From Camelus ferus (Eukaryota): a stretch of 64,000 bases of DNA. Location: assembly GCF_009834535.1 (NCBI RefSeq), contig NC_045697.1, forward strand, positions 107,944,001 through 108,008,000. Direction: 5' to 3'. The notes beneath the pieces were generated by a model. It was not told the origin of the DNA. It saw nothing but the letters and a program-made list of their open reading frames with translations, and ran no database searches. Positions 40,380 to 54,530 of this stretch are shown here, piece after piece; the first letter of the stretch is position 1; each line of letters starts with the position of its first letter. Position numbers and translations under genes: made by a program.

Positions 40380-40815
40380 GACTTTAAAAAGAAAAAGGTC
40401 AATGTCATGAAAGGAAGAAAAAGAAAAGGAAAGAGGGAGGAAAAGAGGAAAGGAGGGTGGGGATAGAAAGAAAGGGAAAGGGAAAAGAAAGAAAAAAGTA
40501 GACTAAAAAGTCACAAGAACTAAATGCAATGTCTGATCTCTGACAGGATCCTGAGTTGGGGAGAAGAAAATAAAAAGTGGGTATGAACTTGGATGAGAGT
40601 ATTGTATCCATGTCATCTTTCTTGAGACCGACAATTACAACAGCCATCGATATCAGGATGTTTTCGTTCCCAGGAAAGATGCTGAAACATCTGGGGATGA
40701 AGGGCCATGATGTCCGCAACTGACTCTCAAATGGCTCATCCAATCTAGGCGCAGGATGGATGTTCAGTGTACTTTCAGCTTTTCTATCAGTTTGAATTTT
40801 TTCAAAATAAAATGT
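40380..40815 (+). mobile_element. Ancient L1MC-like 3' end, interrupted at its 5' edge by the younger L1
   Basis: Motifs aactggcctg...gtcaatgtcatgaaag, aactaaatgcaatgt...ggatcctg, gcaactgactctcaaatgg and gtttgaattttttcaaaataaaa. Confidence 0.6.
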
Positions 40816-43800
40816 CTGGGGGAGGAAGACAGGAGTAGATCATTCTCCTACCTAAGAGGACATGAGACGTTACAAGCTGTCAGTGGGGGAGAGAGCCAAA
40901 GGAGGCTGGAGCTATTTAAACTGATGCTAACTTGTAAACCACACATGTGTCTCGAGGCTCCCATTCACTGTTGCTGAAAATCAGCTGTAGAAAAGAAAAC
41001 ATTCTATATACAATGTCTATCTACACCTTTCTGTGCCAAAATTAAGTGGTGGACATATCATAACTTGTGTAGATAACGAAGAACAGTGCAAGCCTCTTAG
41101 CAGTACTACGTATTTCATTTTATACGTGATAAATCCATTAACAGGGAGTTCTGCACCATCTATATATGTGTATAAATCCTGCATATAGACAATATATATA
41201 CATAATCAAGAACATGAAAGGAAGATGTGTTCTTTTGGCTGGAAGGAAAATAACTTTCCTCAGCTACGTCTTTTCTAGTTGAAAATACTTTGAGCTTCCT
41301 CCGAAGTTGTATATGTATCTTATTTGCTGTTAATGCTTCAATTCTGTTGCCTCACTGTGTAAACATACCTGTAAGTTCTCAACGTGTGCTTCTCTGAAAG
41401 ACATCTATGATGGAGAACTTCACATTAATTGTCATTTATGCTCTTGTGATCCGTGCCATTTTAAATGCCGAACCCTACTGGCCGCTATAAAATGGAAGTA
41501 CTATCTGTATTTATATTTTAATGATGCAAAGTTAAGAATATGAGTACCACAATAATACCAAGTAATATTCACATGCCACTTGAGTTATAAAGTGCTTTCA
41601 CGTACATTAACTTCTCTGCCTAGAAGGAAAAATGGAAGAGAACAAGCAACACGTAAGTAAGAGAGCCAGCTAGCTGTGATAAGCAAACAAAGGTTATGAG
41701 TGACGACAGCCATCTGAAATGTTTACAACCAGCTATAAAGGAAAAATTTCCTGTTGTTTTGTCGGAAATGAACAATTAGCAAATACCGCAGAAGGGAATG
41801 CGGTCTGGTGATTTATTCGGGTGCTAAGAATGGGAACCAGGCAACTTTCACTTCTATTTTTAACTGGGCTCCTGACCTCCTTGTGTCCTTGGGCAAGTTA
41901 AAAAGGCCCTCAATTTCTTCTCCTATCAGTTGGGGTTGGAGCCTCTGACCTTGCTCACTGGGGTGGCCTATGAGTTGGCAAACATCACTGAAAATTCAAG
42001 ATGCTACTGACAATCACATATGACTGCCTGGCTGCATCTCCTGAGAATGCTGCAGAGCGTGACAAAGACCCTTGATTGATTACGCATCTGGCTTTTATAC
42101 TCGTGAAAGGAGACTCATGCATCAAAATGTGGAATAGAGGACTTTTAAGGCTCCTGGGAACACCAACGTTTTCTGATTCCCATTTACCCTCCCTGCCCCA
42201 GCTCCAGGCTTTATCATAAGGATGCAACCAGTGGTGGAAGGCTGCTAGCAAGAACCCTCTGCCACATGTAACAGAATGCTCTTCAGAGGAGAGCTCTTCA
42301 GCATCACCAAGCCTACGCTTGTCGTATCTGGGATGCCAAAGGCAAATAACTCCCTCACCTCGCCAAGATTTTAAAAAGAGCTGAGGAAAAGAAATCCCCC
42401 AAGATGCTGCAGTGTGGAGAACCACCAATACTAAATGTGAAGCTGAAAAGACATCTAAAAATGACCAAGTAACAAAGATCCATCCTGGCAGCCACAGATG
42501 ACAAGTGGCTAAGCCTGTGGCGTGGAGAAAGAATTCCACAGGACCCACCCCAAACCTGCGTCTCACTTCTACTCCCAGAGGCAATGCAGACACAGTAAAG
42601 CTGGCCCGTGATTTTGAGGGCAGACCCGGGCATCCTCTCCTCCCCTGTCCCCACGTTTCTATGTTAGCTGGGTTTTATCCTCCATTCTATATTCTTTTGT
42701 CCTCCCAAAGAGGAGTGACTTTTCTGACTAGCAACTTTGGGAAAAGGAACTGAACACACGGGGTTGGCTCCTTGTGGCTGAGCATTTTTATTCTAGGCCT
42801 CTAGTATGACTCAGCAGGACAAAGCCTGCCTGATCTCCTTCTGATCAGCATGCCTACCGAGATAGTATGTTCAAGTCTTCTCTGGCCACGTGATAAGCTT
42901 TCTGCCAGTGAAAGGCCTATGGTTTGGGAGAGCTGATTTCCGCTTAGGTAGGAAGTACTAGAAGCCATCTGGATAGATCACGGTGCATTTTGTGATCGAG
43001 CTATTATCGGTGATAAAGCTGACACATTCACCTCCCTCTGTCTGAATTCTAGGCTGATTTCTCACTTGGTTCCAACTCAAGAGGGGAAAGGAGTATTATT
43101 TTTACGGACTCCCTAGAACCGTACAATACCTTCCTGGAAGCTCTTTTCTAATTCTCATTAAACTGGCCTGAAAACCCCCACAGCATCACCAGCGACTCCA
43201 TGGAGCAGAAGAAACCAGAGGGCGCCAGCTGCCATGGCCAGGCATGCATTTCCTGCGAGGGGAGAGCTTTTACAGGTCTGCTGCAATTTTTTTAAGCTCT
43301 GGAACTGTCCATGAAGAAAAATGAGTGGTACCCAGCTGCATGATTTCAGGCTGCATTTTGATTACAGGCTTCTAGCATAAATCACCAGAACAAAGCCTGC
43401 ACGAGCTGCTTGAATGGCAGAGACAAAAACTGTGTCACAGAACACTGTTAGGCAATTTTTTTTAACTACTATATATTTATATCAACAAAAGACCTCTAAG
43501 CTTGTGGACTCCCGGGCATCTTTGGTAATGTGTTCGTATTTCATTTTCTACACATTCCCACCTCGTTTCCTAGTATTGCTGACTTCTGGGAGCAGCAGTG
43601 TACCAAATTCATTTTAACAGTTAAGAGTTCTCAGTATGGCACTATCTCCTCCAACAAGAGCTTGGTGTCACTGTGCTCAATCTCTCAGCCAAGCGCATAT
43701 TTTGAGGGGAAAATAAAGCTGCATAAGGGGATGTGAAAATGGGAGAAGAGCCTTTTCCAAACACAGTTTTGACTGTTTCTTGCTCAGGAATGAATCTCTG

Positions 43801-44642
43801 GGGAAAGGACTGTGTACCTGGAGCCATCCCCTTACTGCGAAGGGAGCACATGGCTGCATCAGTGAGTCACTTGGGGAGAAGGCCAGACACGGTCCCACAG
43901 GTTCCCTGAGGCTGGGATGGAGGGAAAGCAAACCCTCAGCTTCCTCAAAGGCTCCCCCCCCCCCCGCCATAGCCAGCTGTTCCTCCTAATTCTACTGTCT
44001 TGCTTTTTGTGGTTCCTTGAGAGGAACGAAGATGGCATCACCATTTCTACACAAAGTGGGAGGGAACAATTCACTAAGGATGAACTGTTTTTGGAAAATG
44101 ACTACTTTTAAAGGCTGGGTGAGAATGTGTATCCCTGCACCACTAGGGAGAATTTCAAAAGAGCTCAGTCACTTGATCTGTGTCTGTGACAAGACGAGCT
44201 GGGATGTGCACTGACCTCAGCCCCAACGGCAATCAGAAGGGAAGGATATCTTGGTGGCAGAGGAGAAGAAGCCAGAGAGAAATGTAAAGATGCCTCTCCT
44301 GCCTGATTTGAAGTCTGAGTCATCCATATTCGTGCCCTTGCTGCAGCCCCAGCTATATGACCACACCCTCTGTCCCCTCCTGCAAAGTCTCAATCTTAGT
44401 AAAGTCTTAGCCCAGACTTAGGTTAAAACAAAAGATTCTGCCGTAAGAACTGATTGTCACAATCTGCTCTCAGGCAAACCTGAGATTCAAATGTGGTCCA
44501 ATTCTGTGGTCCAGGAACACCCCAGGTAAGAGATAAACATGAAAAATGGCCCTGACTTAGACCTAGGGTATCTGGCAAAAGCCAAAGAAAAAGCTCTTTG
44601 GGGAGACTCGCTCTCAACCAGGAGACAGGATTCCCACTAACA

Positions 44643-44985
44643 TACCCTATGGTATCACGTATATGTGGAATCTAAAAAAAAGACACAAATGAACTTATTC
44701 ACAAAACAGAAACAGACTCGCAGACACAGAAAACAAACTCATGGTTTCTGGGAGGGGAAAGAGGATGGGAAAGGATAAAATAGGAGTAAAAGATTTGCAG
44801 ATACTAACTATGATATATAAAATAGATAAACAAGTTTGTACTGCACAGCACAGGGAACTATATTCAGTACCTTGTAGTAACCTATAATGAAAAAGAATAT
44901 ATTTGTATACATATGACTGAAACATGATGCTGTACACCAGAAAATGATACAACATTGTAAACTGGCTATACTTCAATTAAAACAA
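44643..44985 (+). mobile_element. Short L1 3' UTR insertion with a 16-bp TSD
   Basis: Similar to the 3' UTRs at 33600-33950 and 40030-40350. TSD AGGATTCCCACTAACA at 44627-44642 and 44986-45001. Confidence 0.93.
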
Positions 44986-47011
44986 AGGATTCCCACTAAC
45001 AAAACACTGTTAAACATGACTTCATAATCCAAAATGACAAAATGCCCAAGAAGATCATCTACCATTAGCCAGAATCAGCAGACACATAAAAAGCAGAACA
45101 AGACAGCCTAAGCACTTGAGGCAACAGAATTTCTGAACACAGACTCTAAAATAAGTAATTTAAAATTACCAAAGAAATAAAGAACTGAATACATGAAAAA
45201 GGAATAAGATACTTTCAAAAAGACAAGAGACTTAAAAGAGAAAAAGAGAGTTTCTATTACAAAAGTTACTTTCAGTGCAATAAAAAAAAAACCTCCATGG
45301 ACATATTAAAGAGCAGAGCAAAGGAAAATTAGTGAACTGGAAGAAAGTGTAGAGAAAATATCCCAGAATCAAACACAGATAAAAGTCCCTAAAAGAATTT
45401 TCCATCGTGGCCACTGTTTGCATGGTGAGATGTACAGCCGGGTCTGCTCAGAGTCAGAGCTGCTCTCTTAGCAGTGGATCTAGAGAAATCCAGTGCCCGG
45501 GGCACTGAACCTGTAGCTTCTTAGGTTACATCTCCTTTCACCCATTCCTTCCTCTGAAGCAGCACTCTTTTCCTCTTTTCTCTCTCCCCAGATTGAGATC
45601 TCTCACCAAGTGGACACTGTAATAAACAGTGTGTACAATCGGTGTCAAAAGTCAGTGCCTCTGTGCGAAAGCACGTGGATGTACACCTATAAACATATCA
45701 CATGTACATCCATTAATGGTATTCATTTTTTAAAAATATACACATACCTGCAAAATAATAGCACCTACATAGACTGGACTTGCAGCAATTACAGTAGGAC
45801 AGAATTATGGCAGAACAGAGACTGGGAAGTGAGTATTCAACTGACATCAGAAACATGAGTTCTAATCTGTTTGGGACATTAAATAACTGCGTGATCATTG
45901 GGCAAGTCACAACAGCAGTTCTCTCATCTAAGCTAAAATCAAAAGGACTAAACTGAATGATTTCCAGGATGGCTTCCCACTCAGTTCTCACACTGCTGAT
46001 AACTTCAGGAAGCTGACTAGTTTCTTACCACTCACGTGCTTTATTCTGTAGGTCAGGTCACTGCTCAGAGCCTGTTCTTACATTGAGAAAGGTGGTAATC
46101 TGGCTTTCTGGGCCAGAGCAGATCAGAAGTAGTAACTGAGCAGTGAAAAATGAGCAAGAAGGGGTTCCCAGGATCAAGTCTACTGACAGTAGCTTAACAA
46201 TGGAGGTGAGGGGAAGGTGACTGCAATAACAAGGGAAAAGACTGTAATATGAAACCTAAAAAGAATGCCTATCTTTAGCCATTTACTGTAGGATCAGATA
46301 ACGTTACACACCTCAACAGACCTTGGAGGCACCATTATATTACAACAGCATGTTGCTGATAAGCTTGAGTAATCAAGAAAAGGTTAGTTCATGTTCAGTA
46401 TACCCTATTTAAAAGCAGAAAAGTATAAAATGCTTTTTAGAAAGATTCCCATAAAGAAGTTTAAAAACATCAAAAAGATCCTAGATACCTGGAAAATTCT
46501 TTCATGCGGACCCATGTGTGTGCACATAAATGTACGCAATTATATAGAGAAATACTTATTATGGGGATTATATACATGTTCTGTGCAAGGCACTGTCAAG
46601 TGGCCCAAGAAAGAACCACAAACTGCTCTTTAGAACCTCATAATCCAACACAGAAGACCCTACAAACAACATATATAAAGGATAGTCAATCAACTGTATG
46701 AAACAAACATTGATAAAACGTAGAAGCACCGGTGTTCACAGTCAGAGTTCATCTGGGGATACTGCATGTGAGACTGGCAGAGGGGCGGGGGAAAGGAGAA
46801 TGGTTGTGCGGGAGCCTTTCAACAACCCACTGGATGCTGGAAAAAGATCCCTGGCTGGGAAGGAGTCAAATGCTTCCGTGAGGGGAGGTGAGGTCATGCT
46901 GCTACTGGACGTGAAGGTCCATCACTGTCATGAGTCATCTGAGTCCATGGGAGACATCCAATTAATGACGTCAGAGGGCAAGTCTGGACCATCAGAAGAG
47001 TTTAAGAGCTG

Positions 47012-47235
47012 CTTATTAGCTTTCGCACAGCAAAGGAAACCATAAAAAGAAAAGACAATCTATGGACTGGGAGAAAATTTTTGCAAATGACATGACTGAC
47101 AAGGACTTAACTTCAGAATATATAAACAGCTCATATGACTCAATAACAAAAGAACAAACAACTCAATCAAAAAAGTGGGCAGACTGTACACCAGAAACTA
47201 ACACAACATTGTAAATCAACTATACTTCAAAAAAA
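47012..47235 (+). mobile_element. Internally deleted L1: ORF2 segment fused to the extreme 3' end, with TSD
   Basis: 47012-47183 matches L1 ORF2 (compare 2410-2587) and 47184-47235 matches the last 50 nt or so of the 3' UTR plus an A tail. TSD AAGAGT(T/C)TAAGAGCTG at 46996-47011 and 47236-47251. Confidence 0.9.
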
Positions 47236-50200
47236 AAGAGTCTAAGAGCTGAAAGGCAACCTCTCCACATCCGTGTGCATGAGCTCACAGCCACACCTCC
47301 TTGGTAGACGCAAGGGTCCCGGGGCAGAACACCACATCCCGGAACACCCGGCTGTAGTAAGGAATGAAGGAAAACTGTAAGAGTGGCTCAGAGAGAGGCA
47401 AGATCAGCGTCTGAGAACACAATGTAATTATAAGTTGTACAGATTACACTAAAGCAAATCATTGAAATGGAAAAACATTTTAATAGAAAACCATCACACT
47501 TTGTCTTCTTAGTCAAATAACTCAACATCATCTAAGTGTGAATGGAGAGGTAAATACAGATCTGATTATAAATGTATGCATTTAAACACTTTTCTCAAAT
47601 GCTCTTTTCTTGAATTTTTATTTCGTTTAGAGGTTTTGAGTTAAAAACAACTTTCATAATTACATTTAGAATTAAGGGTCAGAAAAGCGCTTCGGCCCAA
47701 TGCCCTCCAGAACTAGTTAAGTATTTCTAAATCCATCAGGGCCTTTAAAACAAAAGTTATTACCCATATCTGCTATGTTCAGAGAGCTACACGACTGCAG
47801 ATTTACCCAACTTTAAATAAATCTGCCATAAGAAATTTTAAAAATAAATTAATCTCAAAGTATCTTATAAAAGCATCCATATTATCATTTCTCTAAAGGG
47901 CAGGGTCCCTCTCAGAGCGATGTGCATAGACGTTCATGAAGGAGCCTCCGGCATGAAACACGGTAACTGCATTGTCTGCCAGTCCCCAGGGGACAAGCAT
48001 CCCATCAGATTTATTCACATCAGATCTGCCTCCCTCTTCACTCCCCTTCGGCTCTGCTAATAGTAGTAACACTCTGGTGAATAAAAGAAAGTTTTGTAAA
48101 ATGGGGTGAACAACATCCTAGCTCCAGTTTTCATGCCCCAGTGGCCAGGGCCCATCTCGGACACCTTTGATATGGAAAACCCCAAATGCTTTTCCAGACG
48201 GGCCGATCCTGAGAAAAGGGGAGAATATTCTCGCATACGTGTGTGGAAAAGGGCTCCAGCAGCCCTCGCCCCAGCACTGGAAGCAAGAGACAGTCATAGT
48301 TACTAGGGGGTTCCGTGTTCAAGAGCTTTCAAACAAGCAAAGCAGGAGCAGAGTTACCAGTTTCTAATCCATGGAACGGGGCTCAACCCGATCATCAGGA
48401 GCCCTTACCCCAGCGCCACAGCTGAGCCACCCACCAGCCGGCATCAGCAGAGCGACAAAGTCCTCTTCGCTTTCTCCTGCACAGGGACTGACAGCAGGAA
48501 TGGGCAAGCACTTCAAATAACAGAGAGTGAGTGTGTGTGTCTGTGCGTGTGCAAGTGGTTTGCACATGCATAAATGTGACATAAACTTGATGCCTTGCTG
48601 AAATCTCGCCCTTACTGGAAACATGAGCAAATTATGAAACAGAGTTGTAACTCTCACTACATTTTATCAAACAAATCTATTTTCTTTTCCCTTTTTCTTT
48701 CCATTTCACATCTCACATACACAAAATTAGGAGTAGAGAATTGGAATGGCATTGATAAATAGTAAATAACTGACTCTAAGCAAATAACCTAAGATTCTGT
48801 CTATAATTCTGTAGACAGATATTTATTTAATAAATTTAGGATGATTCTGTACCAGAGTAAGAGGCTTTATGAGGTCAAGGTAATGAGTGAAGCGGAATGC
48901 CTGCTAATAAAAACAAAGATGCTGTCCTTAGTTTAGCTGTAATCCTGCCTACAAGAAGGAAAATAGGCTGAATGACCTTTTCAGTCTCAAGATTTATGAT
49001 GAGATTCCACATAAGTCTAACATTAAAGGTAAAACAAGAAGATAAAATGCCTGTAGTCCTAAGAAACATTCAGAACAAGAGTCACTAATCAAACTGGGGA
49101 GGTGGGGGGAGGTTGCAACTACTGGCGAGGACAGTAGCCTAAGGGATACAGAGCTGAGGGCACAGGCATGCTGAGACGGGGGCGGAGATGGGGGTGAGGG
49201 CTAGAATTATGTCTCTACACACAGACATTTACACACAAGTGAAATTTCTAACTACATGCAGCCAAGCTCGAAAGCAAGAAAGGAACTCTCCTGGGGCTCA
49301 CGGCAGAAGTGGAAGTTTACATCCAGGGGTAACTGTGAGACGCAGGACGGCAAAGGGGTTAAGAGCATGAACTTGGACTACAGGGTTTGAATCTGGCTTC
49401 TCCACTTGTTTTCTAACTGGGATAATAGCAGAAACTGCCTCCTAGAGTTTACCAGTTAAAATAAGTTAACGCACATAAAGAAGGCACTCAGCAAATGTGA
49501 GCGGATTTTACTGTTACTGTCAACCAGGCTGAAGAGACACCAGACACCGGCGATTCAGAGCACCCCAGGAGCTGAAGTCAAGGCTGGGAGTCCACTGGGG
49601 CAGGGAAGGCTGGGAGCCACAGAGTCCTGGTCCAGCCAGAAAATCTTCTGCCACCCACTGAGGAGTTGATAAGGAAGACACCACTCACCTCGGGGTGCAG
49701 GTAAAAAGGGAGTCCTGAGCAATCAGAGGCCCTGTTCCTGGCGTGGATGTGGGGCTTGAAACGTGGCCCCATCCAGGCTGGGCTCTGCTGGGGGCTATTA
49801 AATGAACAGAGGAACTGTTCATTCAATAAAGCCCGATGGGCCCTGACGAGCCACCATGAACTCATCCCAGAGACACCACCACTTCCAGGGGCAAGTCTGC
49901 CGGGGTGGGGGAATCACACTGAAGGAATCAGTACAGAGCAGAATAAATAAAAACAAACCCACACCAGGACACAGGATTCTGGCTGAAGCTATCAGAGAGG
50001 AAAGACAGACTTCCTACAAAGGATGCAGACTCCTCGTCAGCAGTAATAGATGCCCGAGGACAATGGAACCACGTCTTCGAAGTGTCGGGGTGGGGGTGGA
50101 AGGGAAAAACAGTCAGCCTGGAATCCGAGACTATCACACAAGAGCCAGGGAGAAACAGGGACGACTGGAGGCACAGAAGAGCAGAGAGAGGGGATGGCTC

Positions 50201-51499
50201 AGAGACCCAGAATGCAAGAGACGTTGACGGAGGCGGGAAAGAGCACCAAACAGGAGAGCGAGATGCAAGAGACAGTGTTTGCTAGAGAAGGAAAAATCAG
50301 ATGGGAGCTTCCTCAACCTTCCATGACCCTACCCAAAAGTACCTTCAGCCATGGGTGGAAGGGGCCACCTTCTCTGAGAGCCATCTTTCTCCCTGTGCTC
50401 CAAGGACAGCTCCTGTTTTCTTAGGAGCCTGATACTATCAAGAAGTTCCTCTCCGAGATATGTCACTCCTTTAAAACTAGACTTCAATTGTTTAAGAAAA
50501 TATTACTGGCATATATTTTGAAGTAATTTATAATGAAAAACCGCAGTTCCCACCACCCTCCCCCGCCAGACCTGAACCACCTGTAGATCTTCTGAGATGT
50601 CATGTCCAGTATTTATCTTCCTATTTTTAAATAAAATGCTGTGGGAGGGGACCTTCGGAAAATCCATCACTTTCTGGCCAAGGCTCCTGGCCCTTTGCCA
50701 TGTGACAATTTTTCCTGAATCTGGGGAAAAGACAGACTTGACAAACTGTCCCAATGACCCCATGTTCTTGTCCTTAGAACCTGGAGCCACAAGACTTGGC
50801 CCATTCCAGGCCCAAGAGATAATTTATGTAAGTTCCAAGGTGAGAAGTTTTTGATACTTCTTTTATATCTTATTTGATACTTTTATATCTTATTCTGTCC
50901 CATAGAATTTACCCATGCTTGCTGCTTTATCACATCACTCAAGAACAAAATAAGCCACTCTTAAGTACAACCCCATGATGACCTGGACAACACTGAAGTC
51001 ACAAAGTCAGGCTGGTAGGGAGATAGGTCATCTCACCCATGGGGGAAGCAGAAAGTCCCACCACATGCTTGAACTTGGGTGTGAAAGATCTAGAACGTGA
51101 ATGAGTCCATTTCCCAGAAGAGCAGGGAAAGGGTGGGAGTTACAGGTGGGCGGATGGGTGCAATTCTGTCACATTTGGATTCTAGGAACAAAAAAAGAGA
51201 AATTTCTCCAGCAGGAGGCTGAGAAACCAGCAGAGGTAATATTTGATTATTACTTAATATTTTTATATAGAAATTTTTAAAACTTCTTTGAAAAATCTTT
51301 TGACTAATAATCTGTCTCTTGAAGGCTCTAAATCTTTCACTCGTTCGTTACCTTATTTAAAAAATTTTTTAAAACTGAAAGAAATAATAACAGCCAAAAA
51401 ACAAAAACAAAAAGCAATCAATCAACTTAGGGCCTGAAATAGTGGCCTCCCATAATCTGTGGCCAAAAATGTTCCTAGAGTATATTCTTACATTACTTT

Positions 51500-53590
51500 T
51501 TTCTCACTTTATCAATTTAGGACATGACTTCCAATCATGGTAGATAGGAATTTAGTTCTTATACTTGCCAATATCCCAATTACACTTGTCAAATGAATGC
51601 TTGGTGTTTCTATTATTATTATGTAAATATGTTTCTCCACTGAGCTGTTAAGTATATACTCCCATTACATTTCCCTTCCTGAACGTTTTGTTTTTTTCCT
51701 GGAGTTGATAAGTCTTTCATTTTATCATTTGCTTTTTTTTTTTTTTTTTTACTGCCTATTGCTTATTAGTCTCACAAACTCCAGTTTCTATGTAAAAATC
51801 TCATCTACACAAGCATTCGATATCTGCTGTTTCCACCCCACCTCCCTTTTTTTCTTGAAACTTCTCTGTTCCGGCACCACCTCCTCCTCTCCACCAAGTC
51901 CTCTGGGTCAGTTGCAGAGCCCACAGTCCCAAACCTCTCTGTTGACTCCAGTAGGTTCCCATGTAATGAAAGGACAATTTTTTTTTTTTTTTTAGAAAAT
52001 GCCTGTTTGAAAATATCATTATTCTACAGCCACACTTGATTTCTAGTGCTAGATACAGAAGTCTAGGTTAGAATGATTTCCTCCCCTCTAAGATTTTTAA
52101 AGGCAGGTTCCATTGTCTCCCAGCTTTAAGTGCTGCTTTTAGACGTTCGCAGTGCCTTTCTGATTCCCCGTCCTCTGCATGTGACTTTTCTTTTCTTCTC
52201 TGTTACGTTCTGGTATCTTATCTTTATCCCTGGTTGCGTTCCTGCACTTCGGGATGACGGGCCTGCATGGGAGGCTATTTTTATTCCTTGAACCAGGTCG
52301 CTGGCAGGCCCTTCTGATTTGGAGACTCATGTCCTGGGAAGTTAATCTGTGTTACTTGCTTGATAGTCTCCTCTTACCTATGTTCTCTCTTCTGGAACTC
52401 CTATTAATCAGATGTTGGACATCCTGGATTGATTCTCTAATTCTCTAATTTTTCCCCTGGTTGTTCAACTCACTGTATGTGTGTTATACTTTCTGGAAAA
52501 TTTTCTTGATTTTTATCTTCTGACTCTTCTGGGGTTTTCTTTTCCCCACGCCATAGTTTTAATTTCTAAGAGCTTTTGTTTTGATTATTTGTTTTTAAAA
52601 AGTAGTATCGTGTTCTTGTTGCAAGGATGCAAGCTACTTTTTCTTATCTCCCTGAGGATATTTAAAAAAGCTTTTAATTTTTAAAGTATTCTTTTACCCT
52701 ATGCATTATCTGCTGCCTGTTATTTCTTTCAGTTTTCTTGGTATTTTGGGCTCTGTCCATTATGTAGGAAAATTTCTTCAAATGTCTGGTGACGTGGGCT
52801 ATTGATTAATATTTTAAAGTAAGGTACTAAAATGCTGATTACAAGTTCTATTTAAATTGTCCAGGGCTTACTGACTGGTGGCCTTCATTCTGGGACAATC
52901 AGGTGGCCAGGCAGCTTTTTTATTGAGATCTCCCCAAATGTCAATATCAGAAGTTCCTCCCTCTAGGAACGTATCATCTCCAAACAAGTGCCCATGGATT
53001 CCTGCTTAGGAGAGGCGAGGAAGAGGAGAGATGGCTGTACCAGGTCATGTGAGCGCCTCAAACAGGGCAGGGAAAGGACTGGGCAGGCCCTGGGGCTCAG
53101 AGCACAGACGACATCTGACACTAGTGCCTCTTGCTCTGCCTCAGGCCCCAGGGGGAGTGTGTCCCCGGCTGAATTTCTCCCCAAACTATAGATTCCTGTT
53201 GGGGTAAGGCAGGGGATGACCCCGGGTCTACCTGCTCTGTATCCAGTCTCTGAATTAATCCTCCTCTTGCCACCAGCCCCGGCCTCCCACAATACCCACG
53301 GATCTCACATTCAGACCCCTCCTGGGTTGTGTAGGGCACACCAGCTCATTTCTCACTAGTGTCCCTTTCTGCAGGCTTTCAGTCCCTCTCTTGGGTTCAC
53401 TGAACTCCATTCTTTTAAGTCAGGCCTTCCTCCATCTACCATCTCTCATACACTCTGGTCTCCTATCTCACCCTCTTTTGGGTTTAGAACTTTTGAATCC
53501 TTTCACTATCATTTTAGTGGGGTTCTCTGGGGTGGGGAGAGACACAGACTAAAATGTATGTATTCACTCTGCCATACTAACCAAAAGCTC
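51500..53590 (-). mobile_element. Highly decayed ancient L1 (L1M/L1ME/HAL1-like)
   Basis: T-rich tract with motifs typical of reverse-oriented old L1: tacagaagtctaggttag, ccattgtctcccagct, tctggaactcctattaatcagatgttggac, ctctgccatact. Confidence 0.55.
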
Positions 53591-53799
53591 CTTTAACTGT
53601 CCCTCCGTCAGTATCCCTTTCTCATCAGCATTAAAAAAATTTTATTTTACTGCAGTAAAAACACTCAATCTAAGATCTACCCTCTTAACACACTTTTAAG
53701 TGGATGATGCATTATTGTTGACTGTAACTCACGAGCACTTAAACATTCTCAAGTTTCTCCAATATGAGGGAAAAGGGAACTAATAAAAAAAGATTCCCC

Positions 53800-54530
53800 G
53801 TCTCCTCACCTACTGCCTTCCCTTTTTCCTCCTAATCAAACTTCTTGACATAGTTGCCTACACTCTTATCCCTTCTTCAACATCCCCAAGTCTCCATCTT
53901 CTGCCACCTCCCTTCTCCCCCCATCACTCACTGAAACCCATCTTGCAAAGAGACCCTGCCACTGACAAATCCAGTGGCCACTTCCTAGTCCTCACCTCAC
54001 TTGAATCTCAGTAAGGTCAACACCACTGTTCTCTCTTCTTCTCAGAACATGCTGTTCCTTGAGTTTTGGGCCCTGTACTCTCCTTACATCTTCCTACCTC
54101 TTTGCAAATGGGAAGCACACTCCTTAGTGGGGCTTATCTGGTACAGACTATGCTTTCCGCGCCAGCTTCACCTCTTGCCACACCATGTTCAACTCCTACA
54201 CTACCATGCATGGAACTTCTTTCAGTTCCGAGAGCAAGCCATGTCCTGTTTTTCTTCTGGTCTTTGTACATCTCATTCACTTTTATTTGGCCAACTTTGC
54301 AAATACCCTATATCTGTGTGGAAGGCCACTCCTATGGGCTCCCAGAGCACCCTGTATTTCCATTCCCAACATGTTCACTAAAACCTACTGCAGTTGCCTG
54401 CTGACCTGTCCAAGCTCCCTGAAGACAAGACCCACATCTTCTACCGTGTTCAAAGCTGTGTCACTAGAACCTGTATGATGGCTAGTGCATGCATGCATAC
54501 AAAAAATGTCAGTTGCACAAATGAATAAAG
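53800..54530 (+). mobile_element. Degraded LINE-2 fragments
   Basis: Motifs cactgaaacc, aaatccagtggccacttcctagtcctcacctcacttga and an L2-like 3' end with aaatgaataa. Confidence 0.55.

Noticed and set aside
41985..42593. 202-aa minus-strand ORF in intron 2
   Set aside because: No recognisable domain, no evident ATG at the annotated start, and a composition typical of translated intron.
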